In this document: positions 29,607 through 38,565 of the stretch, piece after piece
Numbering within the stretch: position 1 is the first letter of the stretch
Layout: each line of letters begins with the position of its first letter
DNA from: an uncultured Alphaproteobacteria bacterium
GTDB lineage: Bacteria > Pseudomonadota > Alphaproteobacteria > Rhizobiales > Xanthobacteraceae
Assembly: GCA_963736355.1 (NCBI GenBank)
Contig: CAVTOO010000002.1
Coordinates: forward strand, 257,146 to 321,145
Reading direction: 5' to 3'
Length of the DNA: 64,000 nt
Notes under the pieces: model-generated
The model's input: only the letters and a program-made list of their open reading frames with translations
Databases searched by the model: none
What the model was told of the DNA's origin: nothing
Position numbers and translations under genes: made by a program

Positions 29607-29682
29607 TGGTGGGCCCGCCTGGACTCGAACCAGGAACCAGACCGTTATGAGCGGTCGGCTCTAACCATTGAGCTACAGGCCC
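29607..29682 (-). tRNA. tRNA with CAU anticodon (Met elongator, or Ile2 after lysidine modification), CCA encoded
   Basis: The reverse complement is GGGCCTGTAGCTCAATGGTTAGAGCCGACCGCTCATAACGGTCTGGTTCCTGGTTCGAGTCCAGGCGGGCCCACCA. It folds as a cloverleaf with a 7-bp acceptor stem, a 4-bp D stem, a 5-bp anticodon stem with loop CTCATAA, and a 5-bp T stem. Confidence 0.9.
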
Positions 29683-29734
29683 TAAGCGAGTGACTTACAA
29701 TGCCGGGACGGCGGCGGCAACGCCCTCAAGCCGC

Positions 29735-30962
29735 TCACGCCATGGCCGGGGTCAGGCGCGGTCGCGACCGCAGCAGAAGCCACAGGGCGATGGCGCCGTT
29801 GAGCAGAATTCCACACCAGGCCGTTGAGGAAGGCCGCGGCATAGGACCCGGTCGCATCGAAAATCAGCCCGGAAATCCAGCCGCCGAGCGACATGCCGAT
29901 GACGGTGGCGAAAATGATGATGCCGACGCGCACGGCCGCCCCCTCCGACGGCATGGTCTCGCGCACGATCATGGCATAGCTCGGCACGATGCCGCCCTGG
30001 AACAGGCCGAACATGATCGAGATGGCATAGAGCGAGGCGAGCCCGTCAAAGAACAGATAAAAAGTCAGCGCGATGCCCTGCAGGATCGAGCTGAGGAACA
30101 GCGTGCGCAGGCCGCCGATGCGATCGGCGATGAATCCAAACGTGATGCGGCTGACCATGCCGGCGCCGAGCATCAGCGCCAGCATCTCCGCACCCCGCGC
30201 CATGCCGTAACCGAGATCGGCGCAATAGGCGACGATATGGACCTGCGGCATCGACATGGCGACGCAGCAGGCGATGCCTGCGATCGCCAAAATGACCGTG
30301 AGCGCATTCGGATTGAGACCGAGATCGACGCTCGGCCTTTGCGCGGCGGTGTGTGACTGACGCGAGCCGCTCTTGAGATAGCCGCGCAGCACGACAAGCA
30401 ACGGAATCGCGACGACGAAACAGACGACCGCGATGGCAACATGCGTCCAGCGCCAGCCGAAATGGGCGATGCCGCGTTCGATCAAGGGCGGCCAGATCGC
30501 GCCGGCGAGATAATTGCCGCTCGCGGCAATGGCAACCGCCACGCCGCGTCGCCGCTCGAACCAGTGCGAGACTTCGACCATCAGCGGGCCGAAGGTCGAG
30601 GCCGCGCCGAAACCGACAAGAAAATGCAGCGCCACGAATTGCCACTGCGCCACGACCAGCGCCGACACGGCGTAACCGATGCTGAGCGAGAGAATGCCGA
30701 GCGCGATCACCGGCACGATGCCGAAGCGATCCGTCAGGCGGCCCATGGCGACATTGCCGACGCCGAAGCCCATCATGGCGACGGTGTAGGCGAGCGAGGC
30801 ATCCGCGCGCGTGCCGCCGAATTCGGCCTGCACCACCGGCAGCGCGACGACGACCGACCACATGCCGACGGCGGCGAGCGTGCCCAGCGCCAGCACGACA
30901 ACAAGGCGGCGCCAGGCGGCCGGCGAATCAGGGATAAAGCGGGAGTCTGCGGACGGGTTCAT
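29735..30962 (-). pseudogene. MFS transporter, frameshift near the C-terminus
   Basis: ORF 29682..30962 has 12-TM-like content. Near 29806 a 1-nt shift gives a hydrophobic genuine-looking end, WN/LLNGAIALWLLLRSRPRLTPAMA* (stop 29735-29737). The track frame gives an Arg/Pro-rich tail instead. Confidence 0.65.
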
Positions 30963-31120
30963 GCGCCTGTTTCGGATGTTGCGGCGGCAGCGTCAAGAAA
31001 ACGAAAGTTGATGGCAAATCGTTGAACCGGGCGCCTGTTTGTGCGTCCAAGCGCACATCGGACACGGTTCGCACGAATTATATTGCGTCGCGGAAGGCAC
31101 AGCCTGTATCAGCGACGACC

Positions 31121-32230
31121 ATGACCGCTTTCACCCCGCACCAGAACATCGCATTGCGCGCCGTCGCCGACTGGATGCGCGACAAGCCGGGCACGGGCTC
31201 GACGCCGCAGGTGTTCCGCCTGTTCGGCTATGCGGGAACCGGCAAGACCACGCTGGCGCGGCACATTGCAGACGGCGTGAATGGCGAAGTGAAATACGCC
31301 GCCTTCACCGGCAAGGCGGCGCTGGTGATGCGCGGCCGCGGCTGCGACGGCGCCACCACGATTCATTCGCTGATCTATCGCGCGCGCGAGACCGGCGTCG
31401 AGCAGCCGAGCTTCGAGCTCTGGGACGATGCGCCTGCGAGCAAGGCGCGCCTCATCATCATCGACGAATGCTCGATGGTGGACGCCGAACTCGGCCGCGA
31501 TCTTCTTTCATTTGGCGTGCCGCTGCTGGTGCTCGGCGACCCGGCGCAATTGCCGCCAATTCAGGGCGGCGGTCTTTTCACCGCCGCCGAACCCGACGCG
31601 ATGCTGACCGAAGTGCACCGTCAGGCGCAGGACGACCCGATCGTGCGCCTGTCGATGGAAGTGCGCGAAGGCGAGATGCCGGAGATCGGCCGCTACGGCG
31701 AAAGCGAAGTGATCCCGCGCAGCGAACTCGACCCCAACCGCGTGATGGAGACCGACCAGATCCTCGTCGGCCGCAACGCGACGCGCCGCAGCTACAATGC
31801 GCGCATCCGCCAGCGCCTCGAACTCGACGACCCCCTGCCCGTCGCCGGCGACAAGCTGGTGTGCCTGCGCAACAACCGCCGCAAGGGCCTGTTCAATGGC
31901 GGGCTGTGGAGCGTGAAGCAGCGCACGACCTCGAAGTCGCACATTCTCTCGTTGCGGCTCCTGCCGGACGACGAAGGCGGCGGAAAGATCGTGAAGGTGT
32001 CGGTGCGGCCGGAGTGCTTCACCGGCGGCGTCGAGGAAATCGCCTGGGACAACCGCAAACGCTACGACGAGTTCGACTACGGCTATGTGCTGACGGTCCA
32101 CAAGTCGCAGGGCTCGCAATGGGACGACGTGGTGCTGTTCGACGAGAGTTTCGCCTTCTCCGAGAGCCGCGCGCGCTGGCTCTATACCGGCATCACGCGG
32201 GCGGCCAAGCGCCTGACTTTGGTCGTTTAG
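31121..32230 (+). CDS. RecD/Dda-like SF1 DNA helicase (AAA_30 + UvrD_C_2 type)
   Basis: The start is MTAFTPHQ at 31121. It has Walker A (GYAGTGKTT), Walker B (LIIIDECSMV), LGDPAQLPPI, and the C-terminal TVHKSQGSQWD...LYTGITRA. Confidence 0.8.
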   Translation: MTAFTPHQNIALRAVADWMRDKPGTGSTPQVFRLFGYAGTGKTTLARHIADGVNGEVKYAAFTGKAALVMRGRGCDGATTIHSLIYRARETGVEQPSFELWDDAPASKARLIIIDECSMVDAELGRDLLSFGVPLLVLGDPAQLPPIQGGGLFTAAEPDAMLTEVHRQAQDDPIVRLSMEVREGEMPEIGRYGESEVIPRSELDPNRVMETDQILVGRNATRRSYNARIRQRLELDDPLPVAGDKLVCLRNNRRKGLFNGGLWSVKQRTTSKSHILSLRLLPDDEGGGKIVKVSVRPECFTGGVEEIAWDNRKRYDEFDYGYVLTVHKSQGSQWDDVVLFDESFAFSESRARWLYTGITRAAKRLTLVV

Positions 32231-32388
32231 GCGTCAAAATCTCACGAAACTGTGTGGCCGGAGCCGTAACAAAACGGCCCCTCGCCCGTATTTGTCAGCG
32301 AGACCCGCGGCAGGGCCGTTGCCAAGCCTTGAGCGGGCACTAAAATCTGACCCCAGAGATTGAAACATCTCATTCGCAGGAGCCACCC

Positions 32389-33081
32389 ATGCCCCTCTCA
32401 TTCTCCCGCCGCGCCGGACTGCTGGCCGCGCTGCTGCTGCCGCTGGCGACGACATCCGTCCTTGCTTCGTCGGAACCCGTGGTCATTCCCGCACCCACAG
32501 TCGATGCAGCACCGGCCGACGGCCTGCAGAAGGCCGTGATCGCGGGCGGCTGCTTCTGGGGCGTGCAGGCGGTGTATCAGCACACCGACGGCGTCATCAG
32601 CGCGGTGTCGGGCTATGCCGGCGGCACCAAGGAATCCGCGAATTACGATCTCGTCAGCGCGGGCCGGACCAAGCACGCGGAGGCCGTCGAGATCACATTC
32701 GATCCGAAGAAAATCTCCTACGGCAAGATCCTGCAGATTTTCTATTCGGTGGTGCACGATCCGACGACGCTGAATCGCCAGGGTCCCGACAGGGGCGAGC
32801 ATTATCGTTCGGGGCTCTTCTTTGCCAATGACGAACAGAAGAAGGTGGCAGAGGCTTATATCGCGCAGCTCGACGCCGCCAAGGTGTTCCCGGCGAAGAT
32901 CGTGACCAAGCTCGAGAAGCTGGACGGCTTCTACAAGGCGGAAGAATATCACCAGGACTATGCCACGCGGCATCCGCTGCAGCCCTATATCCTGTTCAAC
33001 GACCGGCCCAAGATCGAGAACATGAAGAAGTTCTTCACCAGCCTCTATCGCGAGAAGCCGGTGCTGGTGCTGACGAACTGA
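32389..33081 (+). CDS. msrA: peptide-methionine (S)-S-oxide reductase, with signal peptide
   Basis: It has the GGCFWGVQ active-site motif, EYHQDY, and an N-terminal signal peptide. Confidence 0.9.
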   Translation: MPLSFSRRAGLLAALLLPLATTSVLASSEPVVIPAPTVDAAPADGLQKAVIAGGCFWGVQAVYQHTDGVISAVSGYAGGTKESANYDLVSAGRTKHAEAVEITFDPKKISYGKILQIFYSVVHDPTTLNRQGPDRGEHYRSGLFFANDEQKKVAEAYIAQLDAAKVFPAKIVTKLEKLDGFYKAEEYHQDYATRHPLQPYILFNDRPKIENMKKFFTSLYREKPVLVLTN

Positions 33082-33126
33082 GATCGTCACGACGAACCAA
33101 CAAGAAGAACAAGCAAAGGAGATGTG

Positions 33127-33549
33127 ATGACCAAATCGATGCCGAAGACCGACATGGACGGCAAGGTCCACAAGTCCGAGGACGAGTGGCGCAGCGAACT
33201 GACGCCGATGCAGTATGCCGTGCTGCGCGAGAAGGCCACCGAACGGCCCTTCACCGGCGAATATGAGCACGAGGAGACGGAAGGCACTTACGTCTGTGCC
33301 GGTTGCGGGCAGCCGCTGTTCGGCTCCGAGTCGAAGTTCGATTCCGGCTGCGGCTGGCCGAGTTTCACCGCACCGATCGAAGACGCCAATGTCGACGAGG
33401 ACCGCGATGTCAGCCACGGCATGGTGCGCACGGAGATTCTGTGCTCGAAATGCGACGGCCATCTCGGCCACGTTTTCCCGGACGGCCCCGGCCCGACGGG
33501 TTTGCGCTACTGCGTCAACTCGGCGTCGCTGAAGCTGGAGCCGAAGTAA
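33127..33549 (+). CDS. msrB: peptide-methionine (R)-S-oxide reductase
   Basis: It has CxxC...CxxC zinc motifs ([21 protein letters not shown]) and RYCVNS. The ATG at 33127 lies 6 nt after AAGGAG. Confidence 0.9.
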   Translation: MTKSMPKTDMDGKVHKSEDEWRSELTPMQYAVLREKATERPFTGEYEHEETEGTYVCAGCGQPLFGSESKFDSGCGWPSFTAPIEDANVDEDRDVSHGMVRTEILCSKCDGHLGHVFPDGPGPTGLRYCVNSASLKLEPK

Positions 33550-33615
33550 GATTCACCCCACCCCGGCGCGCGATGCGCGCCGACCTGCCCTCAAGGGGAG
33601 GGTAAAAAAACAAAA

Positions 33616-33641
33616 GCCCGCGGCATGCCGCGGGCTTTTTT
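33616..33641. terminator. bidirectional rho-independent terminator
   Basis: The sequence is AAAAAAACAAAA-GCCCGCGGCATGCCGCGGGC-TTTTTT. It lies between the convergent msrB and DUF2852 genes. Confidence 0.8.
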
Positions 33642-33686
33642 CTTTGAGGACGTCGGGGGGACAACGTCCTCCGAGAAGTCTCAGCC

Positions 33687-34145
33687 TCAGCTGTTGGGAC
33701 GCACTTCGGGCGACGGCGGCGCGGGCGGATTGTTGCGGCGCTCGTTCATGAACTGGTCGAACTCCGACTTGTCCTTGGCGTGACGCAGGCGATAGAGGAA
33801 ATCCTTGAACTCGCGCTGCTCGTCTTCGAGACGCTTCAGCGTGTCGCTGCGATACTCGTCGAACGCGCGGTTGCCGGTCGAGGGACCGTCGAAACCACGC
33901 AGGCCTTCGCTCATGCGCGAGCGCAAACGATCGAACTTTTCATCCCAGCGGGCATGACGGCTCTGATGTCGGCACATTGATCTGCTCCAGAGTGTGTAAA
34001 ACAAAATGGCTAACCCGATCGGCCACCACAGGATGAAGCCGAGCACCATCACGCCGATCCACAACGGGTGGAAACCGGGGCGCGGCCAGTTGGGGCGATC
34101 CCAGTCGCGACGAGCGTCGTGGGGATAATCAGCGGCGTTGGACAT
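33687..34145 (-). CDS. DUF2852 domain-containing membrane protein
   Basis: The start MSNAADYPHD at 34145 follows GGGAGA. It has a TM segment (WIGVMVLGFILWWPIGLAILFY) and GNRAFDEYRSDTLKRLEDEQREFKDFLYRLRHAKDKSEFDQF. Confidence 0.7.
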   Translation of the reverse strand: MSNAADYPHDARRDWDRPNWPRPGFHPLWIGVMVLGFILWWPIGLAILFYTLWSRSMCRHQSRHARWDEKFDRLRSRMSEGLRGFDGPSTGNRAFDEYRSDTLKRLEDEQREFKDFLYRLRHAKDKSEFDQFMNERRNNPPAPPSPEVRPNS

Positions 34146-34230
34146 GGCGGTCTCCCTGTCTCGTGCGTGGCCTGAACGATGAGCCGACAATGCGTAGATA
34201 GGGTGCGTTGCCCGGCCATCCATTCCTCGG

Positions 34231-34249
34231 ATGTAAATGTTATTTACAT
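34231..34249. promoter_or_regulatory. palindrome ATGTAAAT-gtt-ATTTACAT upstream of the DUF2852 gene (candidate TetR operator)
   Basis: It has perfect 8-bp arms. A related palindrome overlaps the tetR start codon. Confidence 0.45.
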
Positions 34250-34311
34250 TTACACGAGGGCGAGTGTCAAGCGGATCGCGATCGCTCAACTAACCAACTG
34301 AATTCATTCGG

Positions 34312-34974
34312 TTATTGTTTTGGCGTAGCCGCGCCGCCGCCAATCGGGAACCCGAGACCGCGCAAATAAATCAGCACGGCCGCTTCCAGAAGCTCTTCCG
34401 CCTGCATCGGCAGCTTGCGCCGCGCCCCGTCGCCGCGCGCGAACAGCGACGCGGTGCCGTGCGACAGCGACCAGATATGCAACGCCATCATCAAGGCCGG
34501 CGGGCGCGAGGCACCGGGCGGCAGCATCGCGACAAGACGTTCGCAGGCTGCGCGGATGATCGCGAAAGCGCGCTCGCCCGCGACCTGCAATGCAGGGTTC
34601 GCATCCAGCGACAGACCCGATTCGAACATCGCCGAATAAAGCGCGGGCTCATTGCGCGCGAATGCAAGATACGCCTTTCCCACACGGTCGAATGCAGTCG
34701 GCGTATCGGGACGCCCATCGTCCCAGGCGGCATTCAGAGCGGCTTCGAACTGCACGTAACCGCGCTCGGCGACGCTCGCCAGCAGATCGTCGCGATCGCG
34801 AAAATGACGATAGGGCGCAGCCGGGCTGACACCGGCCCAGCGCGCGGCATCGGCAAAGGTGAAGCCCGCCGGACCCTTTTCGGCAATGAGCTTCAGCGCC
34901 GCTTCAAGCAGCGCTTCCTTCAGATTGCCGTGATGGTAGCCGCGGTCGCCGCGGCGGTCCTTGTGCCAGCTCAT
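34312..34974 (-). CDS. TetR/AcrR family transcriptional regulator
   Basis: YHHGNLKEALLEAALKLIAEKGPAGFTFADAARWAGVSPAAPYRHF is the TetR_N HTH signature. Confidence 0.85.
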   Translation of the reverse strand: MSWHKDRRGDRGYHHGNLKEALLEAALKLIAEKGPAGFTFADAARWAGVSPAAPYRHFRDRDDLLASVAERGYVQFEAALNAAWDDGRPDTPTAFDRVGKAYLAFARNEPALYSAMFESGLSLDANPALQVAGERAFAIIRAACERLVAMLPPGASRPPALMMALHIWSLSHGTASLFARGDGARRKLPMQAEELLEAAVLIYLRGLGFPIGGGAATPKQ

Positions 34975-34991
34975 GTAAGCGCTGTTTACAT
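34973..34991. promoter_or_regulatory. palindrome ATGTAA-gcgctgt-TTACAT overlapping the tetR start (candidate autoregulatory operator)
   Basis: It shares the ATGTAA/TTACAT half-sites with 34231-34249. Confidence 0.4.
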
Positions 34992-35010
34992 CAAAAAGCC
35001 GGAGAAAACA

Positions 35011-35748
35011 CTAATACTCGACGCGAACCAGATAGAGCCCGTCCGGCGGGGCGACGACGCCGCAGGCGGTGCGGTTCTGTGCGGCGAGCGCGGCGGCGAG
35101 ATCGTCGGCGCTCCAGCGCCCCTCCCCGACCCAGACCAGCGAGCCGACCATCGAGCGCACCTGATGATGCAGGTAGGAACGCGCATGCGAGGTGATGCGG
35201 ATATCGTCGCCGTCGCGCACCACATCGAGCGCATCGAGCGTCCTCACCGGCGACTTGGCCTGGCACTCCATGGCGCGAAAGGTGGTGAAGTCGTGCTTGC
35301 CGACGAGGCGTTGCGCGGCGTCATGCATCGCATCGACATCCAGCGGACGCGCGACGCGCCAGGCACGGCCGGCCTCGATGGTGAGATCGGTGCGGCGGTT
35401 GACGACGCGATAGAGATAGTGCCGCCGGATGGCGGAGAAGCGCGCTTCGAAATCGGCGGGCACTTCTTCCGCCGACAACACGCCGACCGGATTCGGACGC
35501 AGATAGAAATTGAGCCCGTCGCGCAGCTTGTCGATGCGCACGTCTTTCTCAAGTTCGATATGCGCGACCTGGCCCAACGCATGAACGCCGGCATCGGTGC
35601 GGCCGGCGCCATGGACGCGCGCATCCTCGCCGGTCATCGCCTTGACGGCGGCTTCCAGCACGCCCTGCACGGTGAGCGCGGTGTCCTGCACCTGCCAGCC
35701 GGAAAAGGGCGCGCCGTCATATTCGATGGTGAGCTTGTAACGCGGCAT
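35011..35748 (-). CDS. truA: tRNA pseudouridine(38-40) synthase
   Basis: [21 protein letters not shown]...[17 protein letters not shown] carries the catalytic Asp motif. The protein is 245 aa. Confidence 0.9.
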   Translation of the reverse strand: MPRYKLTIEYDGAPFSGWQVQDTALTVQGVLEAAVKAMTGEDARVHGAGRTDAGVHALGQVAHIELEKDVRIDKLRDGLNFYLRPNPVGVLSAEEVPADFEARFSAIRRHYLYRVVNRRTDLTIEAGRAWRVARPLDVDAMHDAAQRLVGKHDFTTFRAMECQAKSPVRTLDALDVVRDGDDIRITSHARSYLHHQVRSMVGSLVWVGEGRWSADDLAAALAAQNRTACGVVAPPDGLYLVRVEY

Positions 35749-35750
35749 GA

Positions 35751-36708
35751 TCAGGTGGCTCGCGTGCCATCTGAGGGAAGTGCAACACGCGTGCCGCGCA
35801 GAAAAACATCCGCCGTCATCGCCTGCTTGCCGGCGCGCTGCACCTCAATGAGCCTGATCGCGCCTTCGCCGCACGCAATGGCCAAACGATCGTCGAGCAG
35901 CGTGCCGGGCGCGCCGGACCCGCCGCTCAGTTCGACGCGCAGCACCTTGATGCGCGCCATCTCGCCGTCGCAGGGCAACTCGCACCACGCACCCGGAAAC
36001 GGCGACAGCCCGTGAATGTGGCGCAGCACAACGTGCGCGGGCTTCGAGAAGTCGATATGCGCTTCCGCCTTGTCGATCTTGGCGGCGTAAGTGACGCCCT
36101 CCTCGGGCTGCTTGCGGAATTCCAGCGTATTGTCTTCGAGCGCCGCCATGGCATTGCCCATCAGAATGGCGCCCTGCGGCCGCAAGCCGATCGTGCAGGT
36201 CGCCGGTCGTCATGGTGTCAGCAATGCCGATGCGCGCGGCGATCGTGCGGTCGATGACGGCGATATCGCCGGTGTCGAGGCCCGCATCCATCTTCATGAC
36301 CATGGCGCCTGCCTCCGCATCGCCGCTCATGATGGCGCGATGGATCGGCGCCGCGCCCCGCCAGCGTGGCAGCAGCGAGGCGTGCAGATTGAAGCAGCCG
36401 CGCGGCACGGCATCGAGAATGGCTTGCGGCAGGATCAGCCCATAGGCGACGACCACGGCGACGTCGGCGTTGTGGCTTTTGAATTCGGCGAGCGCCTCAT
36501 CGGTGCGCAATGTCTTGGGCGTCAATACATTGAAGCCGAGCTGGCGCGCCTGCCGCTCCACCGGCGTCGGCTGCATCTGCATGCCGCGGCCGGCGGGCTT
36601 GGGCGCACGCGTATAGACGGCTGCGATATCATGACCGCGCCCGGCCAGTTCGAGCAGCGTCGGCACCGCGAAATCCGGCGTGCCCATGAAGATGATGCGA
36701 AGCGGCAT
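35751..36708 (-). pseudogene. fmt: methionyl-tRNA formyltransferase, one frameshift
   Basis: The N-terminal part is ORF 35845..36708 (MPLRIIFMGTPDFAVP..., HASLLPRWRGAAPI). The C-terminal part is ORF 35751..36185 ([30 protein letters not shown]...). They join with a +1 shift near 36180. Confidence 0.8.
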
Positions 36709-37230
36709 TCAGCCCCCCGCGCGCTTGGCGGCCTTGGCAAATTTCTTGGCGACGCGGTCGCGCTTCAGCTTCGACAGATAATCGATAAACAGTACACCGT
36801 TGAGGTGATCGATCTCGTGCTGGATGCAGGTGGCGAACAGGCCGTCGGCCTCTTCCTCGTGCTGCTTGCCGTCGAGATCCATGTAGCGCACGCGCACCTT
36901 CAGCGGACGCTCGACCTCTTCGTAATAATCCGGGATCGACAGGCAGCCTTCCTCGTAAGACGCCTTCTCCTCCGACGACCAGACGATTTCAGGATTGATG
37001 AAGACGCGTGGCGCCGATTCCGGCTCGCCTTCACGCTTGGCGATATCCATGGTGACGATGCGCTCGTCCACACCGATCTGGATCGCAGCCAGCCCAATGC
37101 CCGGCGCGTCATACATGGTCTCGAACATATCGGCGACGAGCGCCTTCACCGCCGGCGTGACGGACGCCACGGGCCTGGAAATGAGACGCAGACGGTCGTC
37201 GGGGAGAACGAGGATTTCGCGCACAGCCAT
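36709..37230 (-). CDS. def: peptide deformylase
   Basis: The start is [15 protein letters not shown] at 37230. The motifs [13 protein letters not shown] and HEIDHL are present. Confidence 0.9.
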   Translation of the reverse strand: MAVREILVLPDDRLRLISRPVASVTPAVKALVADMFETMYDAPGIGLAAIQIGVDERIVTMDIAKREGEPESAPRVFINPEIVWSSEEKASYEEGCLSIPDYYEEVERPLKVRVRYMDLDGKQHEEEADGLFATCIQHEIDHLNGVLFIDYLSKLKRDRVAKKFAKAAKRAGG

Positions 37231-37376
37231 GGCCGCGATGTAAGGCCGTCGCCGCAAACGGTCAATTGCCGGAACGACTTCCGCGGCCTGCGGCAACCTC
37301 ACCGTGAAATGTTCACTATTTGTTCGCACATTCGACGGAATCTCGCTACAAGAGAATCTGATCTAAGAAGGCGGTC

Positions 37377-38565
37377 ATGTCAGAAATTCTGTTCATCGTT
37401 GGGGACTTCCCCGTGAGAGTCGGGCCGGCGCTGGCCGCGCTCGGCGTATTGGCGTTCGTCAGCCTCATGACGCTTGGTCATCGTCGTGATGCGGCAGGCG
37501 CGCACCGGACAGATGGCGGCGATGGCGCATTCCATCCACGCCCAGGAACTGGAACAGCGCGTCGGCGAACTGATGCGCGTGCAATCCGACACTTCGGGCC
37601 GCGTGCATGCCATGGGCGAAGCGCTGGTCGGGCGGCAGGCGGAGATGTCGCGCTCGCTCAACGAACGCATGGATGCGGTGACGCATCGCGTGGGGCAATC
37701 GATCGAGGTGACCTCACGCCACACCGTGGACAGCCTGCGCCAGTTGCATGAGCGGCTCGCGGTCATCGACAGCGCCCACAAGAACCTCACCGATCTGACG
37801 ACGCAGGTGACGACGCTGCGCGACGTGCTCGCCAACAAGCAGACGCGCGGCGCGTTCGGCCAGGCGCGGATGGAAGCGATCGTGCAGGACGGCATGCCCA
37901 AGGGCAGTTACGAATTCCAGCACACGCTGTCGAACAACAAGCGCCCCGATTGCGTCGTGTTCCTGCCCGACGGCCGCCCGCTCGCCATCGACGCCAAGTT
38001 TCCGCTGGAGGCCTTCACCGCGCTGCGCGACGCCAAGAGCGACGACGAGAAGAAGGGCGCGACGCAGCGGTTGCGCGCCGACGTGTCGCGGCACGTCGAC
38101 GACATCGCCGAGAAATATCTCATCCCCGGCGAGACGCAGGAGATGGCGCTGATGTTCGTGCCGTCGGAATCCGTCTATGCCGAAATCCACGACAGCTTCG
38201 ACGATGTGGTGCAGCGCGCCTATCGCGTCCGCGTGGTGCTGGTCTCGCCGTCGCTGCTGATGCTGGCGATCCAGGTGATGCAGCAAATCCTGAAGGATGC
38301 GCGCATGCGCGAGGCGGCCGATCAGGTGCGCACCGAAGTGCTGCACATGGCCGACGATCTGGCGCGGTTGCGCGACCGCGTCGTCAAGCTGCAAAGCCAT
38401 TTCGGTCAGGCCAACGAAGACGTGCGGCAAATCCTGATCTCGGCCGACAAGATCGACCGCCGCGCCTCGCGCATCGAGGAACTCGACTTCACGCCTGCGG
38501 AGTCCGAAACACCGAAAGCCGCGACGGAGTTGTTCCCGGCGCCGCGATTGCAGGCGGGCGAATAG
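37377..38565 (+). pseudogene. rmuC: DNA recombination protein RmuC, probable N-terminal frameshift
   Basis: The RmuC body is in ORF 37474..38565. The expected N-terminal TM helix (MSEILFIVGDFPVRVGPALAALGVLAFVSLMTL) is in ORF 37377.., one frame off, with the junction at about 37472. Confidence 0.65.

Noticed and set aside
31039-32343. 434-aa alternative-frame ORF over the helicase gene
   Set aside because: It is Arg/Pro/Ala-rich with no motifs. The 31121 frame carries all the SF1 helicase motifs.
34315-36015. 566-aa plus-strand ORF spanning the tetR, truA and fmt region
   Set aside because: It is antisense to three well-supported minus-strand genes. It has an Arg/Ala/Gly-rich composition with no recognisable domains, which is a typical high-GC shadow ORF.
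37950-38564. N-terminal ~205 aa of track ORF 37950..39920
   Set aside because: It overlaps rmuC in another frame and is Arg-rich nonsense. AmpG similarity begins only around 38565-38615.
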